From: Octopus vulgaris
Lineage: Eukaryota
Assembly (NCBI GenBank): GCA_951406725.2
Contig: OX597829.1
Coordinates: forward strand, 54,188,001-54,252,000
DNA: 64,000 nucleotides
Reading direction: 5' to 3'
Positions 48,986 through 60,907 of this stretch are shown in pieces (within the stretch, counting starts at the first letter, position 1; each line of letters begins with the position of its first letter). The notes beneath the pieces were generated by a model. That model made no database searches, was not told where the DNA came from, and was given only the letters and a program-made list of their open reading frames with translations. Position numbers and translations under genes: made by a program.

Positions 48986-49265
48986 GGTACTACCTAAGAA
49001 GCGTGGTCCCGGTGCGCGCACTCGTGTACTCGCGCACCCGCGCTAGCTAGTCGTGACTAGTCGATCCTTACTTTGTGTTTCTGCTTTATTTACTTTCTTT
49101 AAAAAAAAATATTTACTTTGTGTTTTATGTGTTTTATTTACTTTGTTTTAAAAAATTATTTACTTTGCTACGTAGTCGTTGTAGGATCGACTAGTCACGA
49201 CTAGCTAGTGCGGATGCGCGAGTACGTGAGTGCGCGCACCGGGACCACTCTTCTTAAGTAGTACC
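48986..49265. mobile_element. GC-rich MITE with ~85-bp TIRs and an 8-bp TSD (Merlin-like)
   Basis: GGTACTAC...GTAGTACC termini; flanks tttctgtg (48978-48985) and tttctgag (49266-49273). Confidence 0.85.
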
Positions 49266-50156
49266 TTTCTGAGTGTAGAACAAATTCACAAAAACTTCTG
49301 AAAATTCCAAATAATTAAAATGTTATGAGAGGTTATATGGTGTACTTAAAGCAGAATTTCGCCACCCCCGCATCCACACCATACAGTCATACTTGTGCTT
49401 TTACATACTATTTTATATATATATATATTAATGATGTGTCCTACTTGTTAAAATTCCATTTATTTATTTGTGCAGCTAAAGATAGCATTGCATTTAAATT
49501 GATGTAATGATTGCATTGTTCAATTAAATGGAGCCACCTGAAACGGTAGTACAGCATTACTATTCTGTTGCTTATCTTGATTTTATTCACCTAGCTGTGT
49601 GGATAATACTGCATTGACATGGTGCTTCAACTGAAGTACTTAATGCAATTACATATACATATCCGAAGGGCTTCTTTCAGTTTCTGTTCACCAAATCCCC
49701 TCACTGTTTTAATTGGCCCAAGGCTATAATAGAAGACACTTGCTAGACAATGGGACTGAACTTGGAACCATGTTGTTGAGAAGTAAACTTCTTAAACATT
49801 CAGCTACACTTCACCCTCTCTTTAATATATATGAATATGTTTACTGTTTACATGTTTCAATCATTGATCTGTGGCCTTGCTGGGGCAACGCATTTAATGG
49901 TTTAATCGAGCAAATTAACTCTGGTACTCATCTGTTTTTGAAGCCTGGTTTTTATTCTGTTGCTCTTTTTTGCCAAACTGCTAAGTGACAGTGACTTAAA
50001 CAAATCAGCACTGATTGTCAAGTGGTGATTGGGTGCACACACACACACACACTATGATAGATATTGATACATTGTTGTAGTGCACCTGAGCACTATACAA
50101 TAAGTTCATATATTATTCATATACACATACTATGTTTATATATATATATATATCTG

Positions 50157-51691
50157 GTGGTCAATGAGGAAACTAGGGATAGATGACCTTGCTCTAATTG
50201 CTGAGTCACTATCAGAACTGGAGGAGAAGTTTCAGGTGTGGAAGCAAGGTTTAGAATAGAAGGGCCTTAGAATCAACCTAGCCAAAACCTTCAGGTAGAT
50301 GGCCTTGCTTGATCTGTAAAAAAGGCGTAGATAGAAACTCTATAAGGTGCACCAAGTGTAAGCTATGGGCACATAAGAGGTGTAGCAATGTCAAAGGAAG
50401 GCTAACTAGGAAAATAGTTTTTATCTGTGGCAGATGCCCAGGAGCAATAAACACTGAAAATGTGCAGAGACCAACTTCTACCACGTTCCAGGGAGAAAAA
50501 CTAGAAGTAGTTGATAGCTTCCGCTACCTAGGTGACCAAGTCAGTAGCGGGGCGGGTGTGCTGAAAGTGTAACTGCTAGAGTAAGAATAGCCTGGGCAAA
50601 GTTTAGAGAGCTCTTACCCCTGCTGGTGACAAAAGGCTTCTCGCACAGAGTAAAAGGCAGACTGTATGGTGCATGTGTACGTACAGCCATGCTACATCAT
50701 AGTGAAACATGGGCTGTGACTGCTGAGGATATGCATAAGCTCGCAAGAAATGAAGCCAGTATGCTCCGATGGATGTGTAATGTCAGTGTTCATAATCGAC
50801 AGAGTAAGTACCTTGAGAGAAAAGTTGGACCTAAGAAGCATCAGTTGTGGTGTGCAAGAGAGACGTCTGCGCTGGTATGGGCATGTGACGAGAATGGGTG
50901 AAGATAGTTGTGTGCAAAAGTGCCACACCCTAGCAGTTGAGGGAACCTGTGGAAGAGGTAGACCCAGGAAAACCTGGGACGAGGTGGTGAAGCACAACCT
51001 TCGAACTCTAGGTCTCACCAAGGAAATGACTAGAGACCGAGACCTATGGAAGTATGCTGTGCGTGAGAAGACCCGGCAAGACTAGTGAGAACATAACCTG
51101 TGGCCTACATACCTTTCCTTCTTGGGACACAAAACTCCACTTGTGAAGACCCGTTGAGGCAAGTGAAAATCAAAATCAAAATCCAAATCAAATCCGATAT
51201 CAGAAAGCAGAACCAAAATCGAAGTCGATCAACATCAATGGAAATTGCAGCTGTGGTACCAGTGCCGGTGACAAGTAAGCGAACCATCCAATCGTGGCTG
51301 TTGCCATCATCGCCCCGACTGGCCTCCGTGCTGGTGGCACGTAAAAGCACCATCTGTTCGTGTCTGTTGCCAGCCTCGCCTGGCCCCCGTGCCAGTGGCA
51401 TGTAGCACCATCCGTTCGTGGCCGTTGCCAGCCTCGCCTGGCCCCCGTGCCGGTGGCACGTAGCACCATCCGTCCGTGGCCGTTTGCCAGCTCCGTCTGG
51501 CACCTGTGCGGGTGGCACGTAAAAAGCACCCACTACACTCACGGAGTGGTTGGCATTAGGAAGGGCATCCAGCCGTAGAAACACTGCCAGATCAGACTGG
51601 GCCTGATGCAGCCTTCTGACTTCACAGACCCCAGTTGAACCGTCCAACCCATGCTAGCATAGAAAATGCTAAATGATGATGATGATGATGA
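50157..51691 (+). mobile_element. 5'-truncated RTE LINE (RT C-terminal half, 3' UTR, (GAT)n)
   Basis: DDLALIAES, VVDSFRYLGD, RRLRWYGHV, RGRPRKTW; (TA)n on both sides. Confidence 0.92.
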
Positions 51692-51760
51692 TATATATAT
51701 ATTACGGCAATGTACTTGCATAGCAAGTGACTTGATCTGAGATCGTGTGCTGGAACGAAA

Positions 51761-52028
51761 ACAATTGCAGCGTGGAAGGTGTTTATAAGCCATTTAAGAA
51801 ACACACAAAACCGTTAGATTCACTTCAACGTTTAAATTTAATTTGTCAAAATATTTTCATTGCTTTGAGACCACAACCCGTTCACTGACAAAGCTTCGTG
51901 CAGCACGAACAGGTTGTAGTCTCAAAGTGACGAAAATATTTTGACAAATTAAATTAAAAGTAAAAGTGAATCTAACGGCTTTCTGTGTTTCTTAAATGGC
52001 TTATAAACACCTTCCACGCTGCAATTGT
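51761..52028. repeat. Long palindrome resembling a Penelope-like inverted terminal structure
   Basis: acaattgcagcgtggaaggtgtttataagccatttaagaaacac / gtgtttcttaaatggcttataaacaccttccacgctgcaattgt; asymmetric centre at ~51900. Confidence 0.85.
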
Positions 52029-52057
52029 ATATATATATATATATATATATAAATACA

Positions 52058-54497
52058 CAGTGGTACCTTGACTTACGAGTGTCCCAACTAACGAGTTTTT
52101 TGAGATATGTGCTGTCTCTCGGCCAATGTTTTTGCTTTGAGTTGCAAACTAAAATTTGGGTTACAAGCCAGCTTCAGATATTCCACCATTTGTTGGCATG
52201 GCGAACACCATGACATCTGCTCAGCATCCTGTGTCTTATAGCTCGATAGACAGGCTGGGAGATGCGACCTTAGGCTGCTATAATTCTGGCAAAAGTTTTG
52301 AAGTGATTCTCAGCTACCACGCTTTCTGCCTCACCATGCCTGACAAAGGAGTGAATGCCTGTCGATAGACAGGCATGTTAGCAAGTGCGAAGATCGTTAG
52401 CTAGACAGGTGCTAAAATGCTTAATTAGTCATTGCAGGCCACAGAAGCATCAGTGTTGTGCTTGCAGTTATTTTGCAAAACTTTGTTTTAGAAACCATGG
52501 GTCCGTAGAGAGTGAATGCGAAGGACAGTGGGTACGGAGAAGTGGATGACGAGCTTTGAATTAAAGAAAGAAATTATCAAAAAACATGATCAAGGTGTGT
52601 AGTTGACACGATGAAGCAGTATGAGTGTAGCACTTCTATGATTTGCACCATACTGAAGCAGGAGGAATCGATAAAGGCTGTAACGCCAGTCAAAGGTGTC
52701 AAAATAATTTCTAAACAGTAGACATCTATCCATGAAAATATGGAGAAGCTGTTGATGGTTTGGTTGAAGGAGAAACAGCTCACAGGAAATACCGTGATGG
52801 AGGCCATAATCTTCGAGAAGGCATGAGCTATTTACACTGGTTTACTGCAGCAGACTCTAGGCACTTGTATGGACGAGGCATCGGGTGAGCTGTTTAAAGC
52901 CAGTGGGGAATGGTTCAAGAATTTAAAAAAAGAGGACCGGCATTCACTCCTTTGTCAGGCATGGTGAGGCAGAAAGCGTGGTAGCTGAGAATCACTTCAA
53001 AACTTTTGCCAGAATTAAAGCAGCCTAAGGTCGCATCTCCCAGCAAGTCTTCAACTGTGATGAGACAGGACTGTTTTGGAAGAAGATGCCAAGGAGGACT
53101 TATATAACAACAGAGCAGAAGAGAATGCCAGGCCACAAACCCATGAAGGATAGGCTAACCCTTGCATTGTGTGCCAATGCGAGCGATGGCTGCAAGATTA
53201 AGCCACTGCTCGTTTATCATTTGGAAAACTCCAGAGCCTTTAAGTCACATAAAATTCTGAAAGAAAAGCTGCAGGTTATGCGGAGGGCAATCCTGGGGGC
53301 GTGGGTCACCAGGCAGTTCTTAGTGGAGTGAGTGAATTTGGTCTTTGGTCCTGACATTAAGAAATATCTCCAGGAAAATAACTTACCTCTGAAAGCCCTT
53401 CTTGTCCTGGACAATGCACCTACCCATTGATGACATCCTCAAAGGGTTCAAGTTTATAAAGGTTCCCTACCTTCCACCCAACACCAGCCCTATCCTACTC
53501 ATGGACCAGCAAGAGATTTCTAATTTCAAGAAGCTCTTGACCAAGTACCTGTTTCATGCTGCTTTGAGGTGATAGGGAGCACAAACTTCACCCTTCAAGA
53601 GTTCTGGAAGGACCACTATAACATCATGATATGCCTCAGAATTATCAATATAGCCTGGCAGAGTGTTACAAAGAGGACCTTGACCTCTGCGTGGAAGAAT
53701 CTGTGGCCTGAGGTTGTGCCTGAAACGGTCTTTAAAAGACTTGAACCTGAAGCAGCAGTGGTGGAGGAGATTGTATCTCTTGGCAAGTCCATGGGTCTGG
53801 ACATGGATGAAGGTGACATCAACAAGTTCATCCAGGGACACTCTAAAGAACTGACATGGGAGGAGCTACAGACGCAGCAGCACATCGAGGTTTTGCAGGG
53901 AATAGGTGACGCGGAGGAGGATATTTCTTCAAGTGTGATAAAGGGAATGTGGGAGAAACTTTCAGACTTTATTCAAAAGAAACACCCAGAAAATGTTGCA
54001 ACTGGGCATGTGACTGTGCTGTTTAATGACACTTGCCTCACTCATTTCAGAAACATTCTGATAGGGAGGATGAAACAGACCTCATTGGACAGGTTTTTAT
54101 TAAAAACTCCTGCAGATGAAAGTGAGGAAAGAGTGGTGAAATGGGCAAAAGTCGGCAAATAACATTCATTCATTCAGTTCAGCCTTTCTCCTCCGCTTCT
54201 GCCAGCATCCTCAAGTTGTCTGATCTCCAAGGTAAATGCTGCACATTATACTTAATAAAACCAGTTTATTGCAGTACATTCTATTGTATTGTTTTTTGTA
54301 CAATATTCATTATTTATAAGTATGTTTTTCTTATTTAAAAACATGTGACAAAAAATTTGAGGTGTTTTTTGGGGGGTACCCAGAACGAATTAATGGCATT
54401 TCAGTTTATTTCAATGGGGAAAACTGATTTGACATATGATTAATTTGACTTACAAGATCTGTCACAGAAAGAATTAAACTCATAAGTCAAGGTATCA
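52058..54497 (+). mobile_element. Near full-length defective Tigger/pogo transposon
   Basis: TIR CAGTGGTACCTTGACTTACGAG / ctcataagtcaaggtatca; ASGEWF, FNCDETGLFWKKMPRRT, KDRLTLALCANAS, LLVLDNAPTH, LPPNTS. Confidence 0.95.
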
Positions 54498-55136
54498 TGT
54501 GGCAAGAATGGATGAAGATAGGTGTGTGAAAAAGTGCCAATCCCTAGCAGTTGAGGGAACCCATGGAAGAGGTAGACCCAGGAAAACCTGGGACGAGGTG
54601 GTGAAGCACGACCTTCGAACTTTAGGCCTCACTGAGGAAATGACCAGCGACCGAGACCTTTGGAAATATGCTGTACGTGAGAAGACCAGGCAGGACAAGT
54701 GAGCCCAGCCCACTTATACCTTTCCTCCCTTGGACACACAAAGACCTGTTGAGGCAAGCGAAGTCGATATCGAACCTCATCCGATGACAGGCACCCATGC
54801 CAACCCCCTTTGCTTGCGAAGACCTGTTGGGGCAAGTGAAATCGAAATCGAAATTGAACCAATCCTATGACTGGCACCCAGCAGATGCCAGGATCCCTGG
54901 ACTGGTGGTACGTAAAAAGCACTATCCGAATCGTGACCAATGCCAGTGCCGCCTCGACTGGCTTCCGGCCGGTGGCACGTAAAAGCACCATCCGAATCGT
55001 GGCCGAAGCCAGTGCCGCCTCGACTGGCTTCCGTGCCGGTGGCATTGCCTTCTGGCTTCCCAGATCCCCGGTCGAACCGTCCAACCCATGCTAGCATGGA
55101 GAACGGACGTTAAACGATGATGATGATGATGATGAT
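54496..55136 (+). mobile_element. RTE LINE 3' fragment abutting the Tigger right TIR
   Basis: HVARMDEDRCVKKC...RGRPRKTW, 3' UTR, (GAT)n. Confidence 0.9.
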
Positions 55137-55669
55137 AAGATCCAAAGACTGAGGTGTAAGAGGAAGGTTAACTTCAAGCAAAGCATCTTAATAATACTAA
55201 AACTCTAGAGATGTTTGTGTGCATATGAAATATCTCAGAAATAGTATATTTTATCTTAATTATTTTTTGCATATTCATTTTTATACTTACCTTTGGCAGT
55301 GCAGTACAAATTTTTGTGATATTTGGACCTCTATTTATTAATGAAAACAATTAAACACAATTTTTGTTTGTGATTTCTTGACAAAAAAAAAACATGGCTT
55401 CCGTGACATCAACACACATACAGAATAGACACGCATATAATGAATGTCATGGTTGGTCAATCAACACAAACACACGTCTGCTATCTGTGACATATACACA
55501 CAATCTTTGCACTCTCTAAGAAAGAAAAACATTGACTTTTTGACGTACACAATATTTTAATCATTTAGCAATATTTTTAAGTGAATGTGATTTTAAAAAT
55601 GTAAGTTGCTTGTACAGTGATTATTTATATTTAAGCTTTCTTTAAACAAACAATGTTTTTATGTTTTTT

Positions 55670-56125
55670 TTCTCAGAACTGTCATCTGGAGTTCATTAAT
55701 TTCTGTAAATAATTTTTATTTATTTACTTTTGTTATAAAGTGAAAGATGTATGTACACATATGTAAAATGGATGTGTGTATCTGTAAAAGAGAAAGAGAG
55801 AAAGGGTGAAGGGGTGTGTTGTCATGTATACGTACATACATCAATACATGTGTGTACATCTTTTTTGTATGTACATGTGCATTTGTGTGTGTATGTGAGA
55901 GAGAGAGAGTGAGTGAGTGAGTGAGTGAATGAACGTACGTGTTCTCATGTATGTGTAAATGACTCTCTCTCTCTGCCTCTCTCTCACACACATCCATTTC
56001 ATATACACGTTCATACATTTTTCATTTTTTCCCCTCTTTTACTTTAAAACAAAGGTAAATAAATAGAAATTTTTTACTGAAATTAATGAACAAAACCAGC
56101 TGATCTGGATGACTGTTCTGAGAGT
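55670..56125. repeat. Foldback element with a microsatellite-rich interior
   Basis: tctcagaactgtcatc..gttcattaatttc / gaaattaatgaac..gatgactgttctgaga arms. Confidence 0.6.
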
Positions 56126-56198
56126 CAAAGCGAAAGATTGTCCCAAGGGAATACCATGACAAAAAATTCTTCAAGTGCATTCAATGTATCTCAGCTCC

Positions 56199-56317
56199 AA
56201 AGATTTGGCTGCTATTTCTAGCACGCCCTGCTACCATGTAACAGCTATTTGCAATAAAGGACCTGAAATACTTGTTATGTGGTAGCAGGGTGTGCAAGAA
56301 ATAGCAGCCAAATCTTT
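56199..56317. repeat. ~120-bp hairpin
   Basis: aaagatttggctgctatttct.gcacgccctgctacca / tggtagcagggtgtgc.agaaatagcagccaaatcttt. Confidence 0.85.
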
Positions 56318-56503
56318 CCTTTTCTGCGGAAAGGAGCCGTTTACACATGATTTCAATGTCATATTTGTTGAAAGCATGTGAAATAACCTGGAAAAGAAAA
56401 AAAAACCCACGGAACAAAACTCCTTTGCTGGGAAACTCAGACTTTCCAGGTGGCCAATCGGGTCATGGGTAATCTAGTAGAAAATATAAAAAGCAACTTT
56501 CCA

Positions 56504-56670
56504 TAGGTGCAGAAGTGGCTGTGTGGTAAGTAGCTTGCTTACCAACCACATGGTTCTGGGTTCAGTCCCACTACGTGGCACCTTGGGCAAGTGTCTTCTA
56601 CTTTAGCCTCGGGCTGACCAAAGCCTTGTGAGTGGATTTGGTAGACAGAAGCTGAAAGAAGTCCATTGTA

Positions 56671-56713
<43 letters not shown>

Positions 56714-57435
56714 CCCTTGGACACACAAAGACCTGTTGAGGCATCGAACCTCATCCGACGACAGGCACCCATGCCAACCCCCTTTGCTTGCGAAGACCTG
56801 TTGGGACAAGTGAAATCGAAATCGGAATCGAAATTGAACCAATCCTATGACTGGCACCCGGCAGATGCCAGGACCCCTGGACTGGTGGTACGTATAAAGC
56901 ACTATCCGAATCATGGCCGATGCCAGTGCCGCCTCAACTGGCTTCCGTGCAGGTGGCACGTAAAATGCACCAATCCGACCGTGGCCGTTGCCAGCCTCGC
57001 CTGGCTCCAGTGCAGGTGGCACGTAAAAAGCACCCACTACACTCACGGAGTGGTTGGCGTTAGGAAGGGCATCCAGCTGTAGAAACATTGCCAGATCAGA
57101 CTGGAGCCTGGTGCAGCCTTCAGGCTTCCCAGATCCCCGGTCGAACCGTCCAACCCATGCTAGCATGGAGAATGGACGTTAAATGATGATGATGATGATG
57201 ATGATATATATGTGTGTGTGTATGTTTGTGTATCTGTGTTTGTCCTCCCAACATTGCTTGACAACTGATGCCGGTGTGTTTACGTCCCTGTCACTTAGCG
57301 GTTCCGCAAAAGAGGCTGATAGAATAAGTACTAGGCTTACAAAGAATAACTCCTTGGTTCGATTTTCTTGACTAAAGGTGGTGCCCCAGCATGGCCGCAG
57401 TCAAATGACTGAAACAAGTAAAAGAGTAAAAAGAG
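56504..57435 (+). mobile_element. SINE family A with an RTE 3' UTR (56711-57204) inserted in its (TA)n spacer
   Basis: Order: SINE head, (TA)n, RTE tail to (GAT)n, SINE 3' half. Confidence 0.85.
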
Positions 57436-57439
57436 TATG

Positions 57440-60350
57440 GAAGTATGGTAAATAGAAAAAAAAAGTTTTATATTTCATGGTAGGCAGGCAGGGTTGCGAG
57501 GTTTGCAAATAAAATACATGAGTTAAGGAATGGAGCAGATAAGATCTGAGCTACATTTGTTTTATAGTGAGTGGAACCCTGGAAGTGGTAAATATTCAAG
57601 TGAGGTATATACTGCAGGATACTCTTCAGGCCAAGGGTATGAAGTTTACCTTGTTGTAAGGAGATACATGTCAACACACAAATGATTCCTTCAGAATGTG
57701 TAGAGAATATGGTTAGAATAAATAATATATTGTGAAGAGAAAATTAGGAGTGTAAGAGAGAAAGGAATATAGAAAAGACAAAAAGGATTAAAAAAATAAG
57801 GGAGTAGAAGAGTTGTAAAGAATTTAAGCAAGGTCATTCCACAAGTGGTTTCAATAGGGTCATTTAGAGATATGCTAGGGGATTGGTATCAGTGAGCTGG
57901 CAGAAACGTGAGCACACTGGGCAAAATGCTTAGCAGTATTTTGCCTGCCGTTAAGTTCTGAGTTCAAATTCCGTTGAGGTCGACTTTGCCTTTCATCCTT
58001 TCGGGGTCGATAAATTAAGTACCAGTTATGCACTGGGGTTGATGTAATCGACTTAATACCTATGTCTGTCCTTGTTTGTCCGCTCTGTGTTTAGCCCCTT
58101 GTGGGTAGTAAAGAAATAGGTATTTTGTCTACTGTTACATTCTGAGTTCAAATTCTGTTGAGGTCGACTTTGCCTTTCATCCTTTCGGGGTCGATAAATT
58201 AAGTACCAGTTATGCACTGGGGTCGATGTAATCAACTTAATCCATTTGTCTATCCTTGTTTGTCCCCTCTGTGTTTAGCCCCATGTGGGTAGTAAAGAAA
58301 TAGGTATTTGAAAAGATAATGTGGAGAGAAGAGGTGGTGGGAACCATTTGTGGTCTAGAAGGAGAAAACTGCTTGAAGTGATGGTGTAGTAGTCTAAAAA
58401 TGTGGAAGAATACTACAATCTAGGAATTAAGGTGTGTATAATGTGTGTGAGTGTGCTGTATGAAACAGTGGAGGTGTATGTAGGGCAAGTAGTAGCGGCG
58501 TATGTACTTGTAAGTATACAAAAGTAGGATAGGAAATGGTGTAGGGGCTGGCAGAAAAGAGAAATTAAATGGTTTGAATAATAAGGAAAGATAAAGATAG
58601 ATATAAACAAGAAATAAGGGGTTATTGTGAATATAATGGGAATATATTGGTGGTTTAATATTTAGTGGTTGTGAGGGTAAATGAAAGGGAATGTCTATGA
58701 TAACAGTGGGGGCAGGTTAGGAAATGATGCAGCGGAGGAGTTGTTATTTGTATTTTGAGAATAGATTGCGTTATTGATGTTTGCATGTATCAATTACCCT
58801 GTCATGTTCGTTAAAACAATCCGTGGATTGCATAATATTGCAGAGATCACACTTTTTATTATAGCCAGAGTATGGTTTAGTATGGGTGACTATGGACTGC
58901 TTAAGAGTATAAGAAAACGATTTGCTCTTGAGTTTATGGATAAGCTAAGATAAAGAAGTACTGTTGGATTTTGTTTGGGACTTGAAGCTGGAGTAGTGGT
59001 TGCCCACTCTTGCTTTGAAGGTGGTGCTGCATGAACTGATATATATGTAGTTATGGTTGGCAGCTGATACTGTACACTTGTAAATGTTGTTTTTAGTAAG
59101 ACAGCAATTATCTAAAGGGCAGGAGGTTGGGCGCTTGAAGCTGCATAGGTTCATAGGTGGTGTTCTGGATGAATTTGTGGGTAATTGTTATTTAGTGAAG
59201 GACCAGTGTTAGGTTCATTATTAGTGGTGGCGTTAAAATTGGTATTTATTAGGTGGTTGAGGGAGGCATTGAGGGGTTGTGTATTATGATAGTTTCCATG
59301 TCTGATGGTATCGTCTGTATTATTCTTTATTTTTTCATGAGGTATAGTTGAGTCTTGAGGTAAGTTTAGGGATCAGGTGTTACTAGTGGAATCATAGTAG
59401 GAGATTTAAGGGTTAATGTTGGTAAGTGGATTGATTGTTGTTCTGGGTTTATATATATGGAGCTGGGGGTTAGGTTGAGTTTTGTTATTAGGGTGGACTT
59501 TAGCTGGTTGTGGGTTTCTGAGTTTCTTCCGCATAGCCCCTGCCCATTCAAAGTACCTTGGATCCCAGAACATCTCGCTGTGCTTGAGAAGACCTGTTGA
59601 GTCAAGTACATGAACATCGAAACAAATATCAATGGAAATAGTTGTGATACCTGTGCCAGTGGCACATAAAAAGCACCATCCAAACGTGGCCGTTGACAGC
59701 GCCGCCTCAACTGGCTTCTGTGCCGGTGGCACATAAAAAGCACCATCCGAACGTGGCCGATGCCAGCCCCGCCTTGGTTGGCTTCCGTGCCGGTGGCACG
59801 TTAAAAGCACCAACCAATCATGGCCGATGCCAGACTCCCCTGGCACGTAAAAAGCACCCACTACACTCGTGGAGTGGTTGGCGTTAGGAAGGGCATCCAG
59901 CTGTAGAAACACTACCAGATCAGACTGGAGCCTGGTGCAGCCTCCTGGCTTCCCAGACCCCGGTTGAACCGTCCAACCTGTGCTAGCGCGGAAAATGGAC
60001 GTTAAACGATGATGATGATGTCGGATTACTCTGGCATTGTTGGTGGTAGTGGAGTTAGACAATTTTATAGGTTGGGATTTACATATTTTTCAAAGGGAGA
60101 TTGATTTAGGGAGGTGTCTTTTGAGTAGGCGGAAGAAGAGTTTAGATACTCAAGTTTGAACATCGGGGGTGGGGGGTGGAATCAGATACCATTGCGGATG
60201 TTCTTGTTTGTTTAGTCCAATTAGGCGGGAGGGGGTTATTGGTGTGAGGATAAGGCTTTGGAGGAGCACGCTGGTATCAATTTTGGGTTGCAATGTGTTT
60301 AGGATTTGGAATCATCAGGTGGGAGGATTGTCTGTTAGGTTCCCTGCTAC
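57440..60350 (-). mobile_element. Degraded Penelope-like element (linker + GIY-YIG), with a nested family-B SINE (57890-58306, internally duplicated) and an RTE tail (59520-60020)
   Basis: CPLDNCCLTKNNIYKCTV...YISSCSTTFKARVGNHYSSFK...STSLS matches the PLE endonuclease; VSKLFFRLLKRHLPK linker at ~60100-60190. Confidence 0.8.
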
Positions 60351-60371
60351 ACTGAAATTTGAAGCCCAGTG

Positions 60372-60402
<31 letters not shown>

Positions 60403-60740
60403 GTGTGGCTGTGCTTGTTCCCCCACATCACTTGGCAACTGATGCTGGTGTGTTTACATCAGTTCAGCAAAAGACCGATAGAATAAGTGCTAAACTTACA
60501 AAGAATAAATCTTGAGGTTGATTTGCTTGATTAAAGATATATAATATATCTATATTTATCTGTCTATCTATTTATCTATATATATATCTGTTAGGTATGG
60601 TAGATGAGTTCGGCAAAAATTTAGATTCAGATGAATATGGTACATAAATTGAGGCACCAGAATTTAGTACGGTATTATCCTAACAATTTCAAAATAAGGT
60701 GATTAAAATCAAAATAAGCAACAAGGATATCCAGAGGTAA

Positions 60741-60832
60741 TGCAGTACGATCGTTTCATGCAACTCCATTTAATTGAACAATGCAATCATTTCATTACAT
60801 CAATTTAAAATGTAGAGCAATCTTCAGTTGCA
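60741..60832 (-). ncRNA. Type I hammerhead motif with palindromic stem III, inside palindrome 60778-60908
   Basis: tgcaa-CTGAAGA-long stem II-GAAA-CGATCG-TA-ctgca; a degenerate + strand copy lies at ~49470-49556. Confidence 0.7.
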
Positions 60833-60907
60833 CAAAGACATAGAATTCTATGTCTTTGCGCAGCTGAAGATTGCTCTTCATTTTAAATTGATGTAACGAT
60901 TGCATTG

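Noticed and set aside
53569-54162. 197-aa ORF as a domesticated TIGD-like gene
   Set aside because: C-terminal piece of a Tigger transposase with upstream stops and frameshifts, lying between TIRs
57465-57635. Hammerhead at the 3' end of the Penelope remnant (CTGAAGA at 57629-57623 and GAAATATA, minus strand)
   Set aside because: Could not form convincing stems I and II
59406-60062. Long Cys/His/Arg-rich ORFs (also 51105-51647, 56603-57166, 61058-61492)
   Set aside because: Spurious frames across GC-rich RTE 3' UTR repeats and the minisatellite
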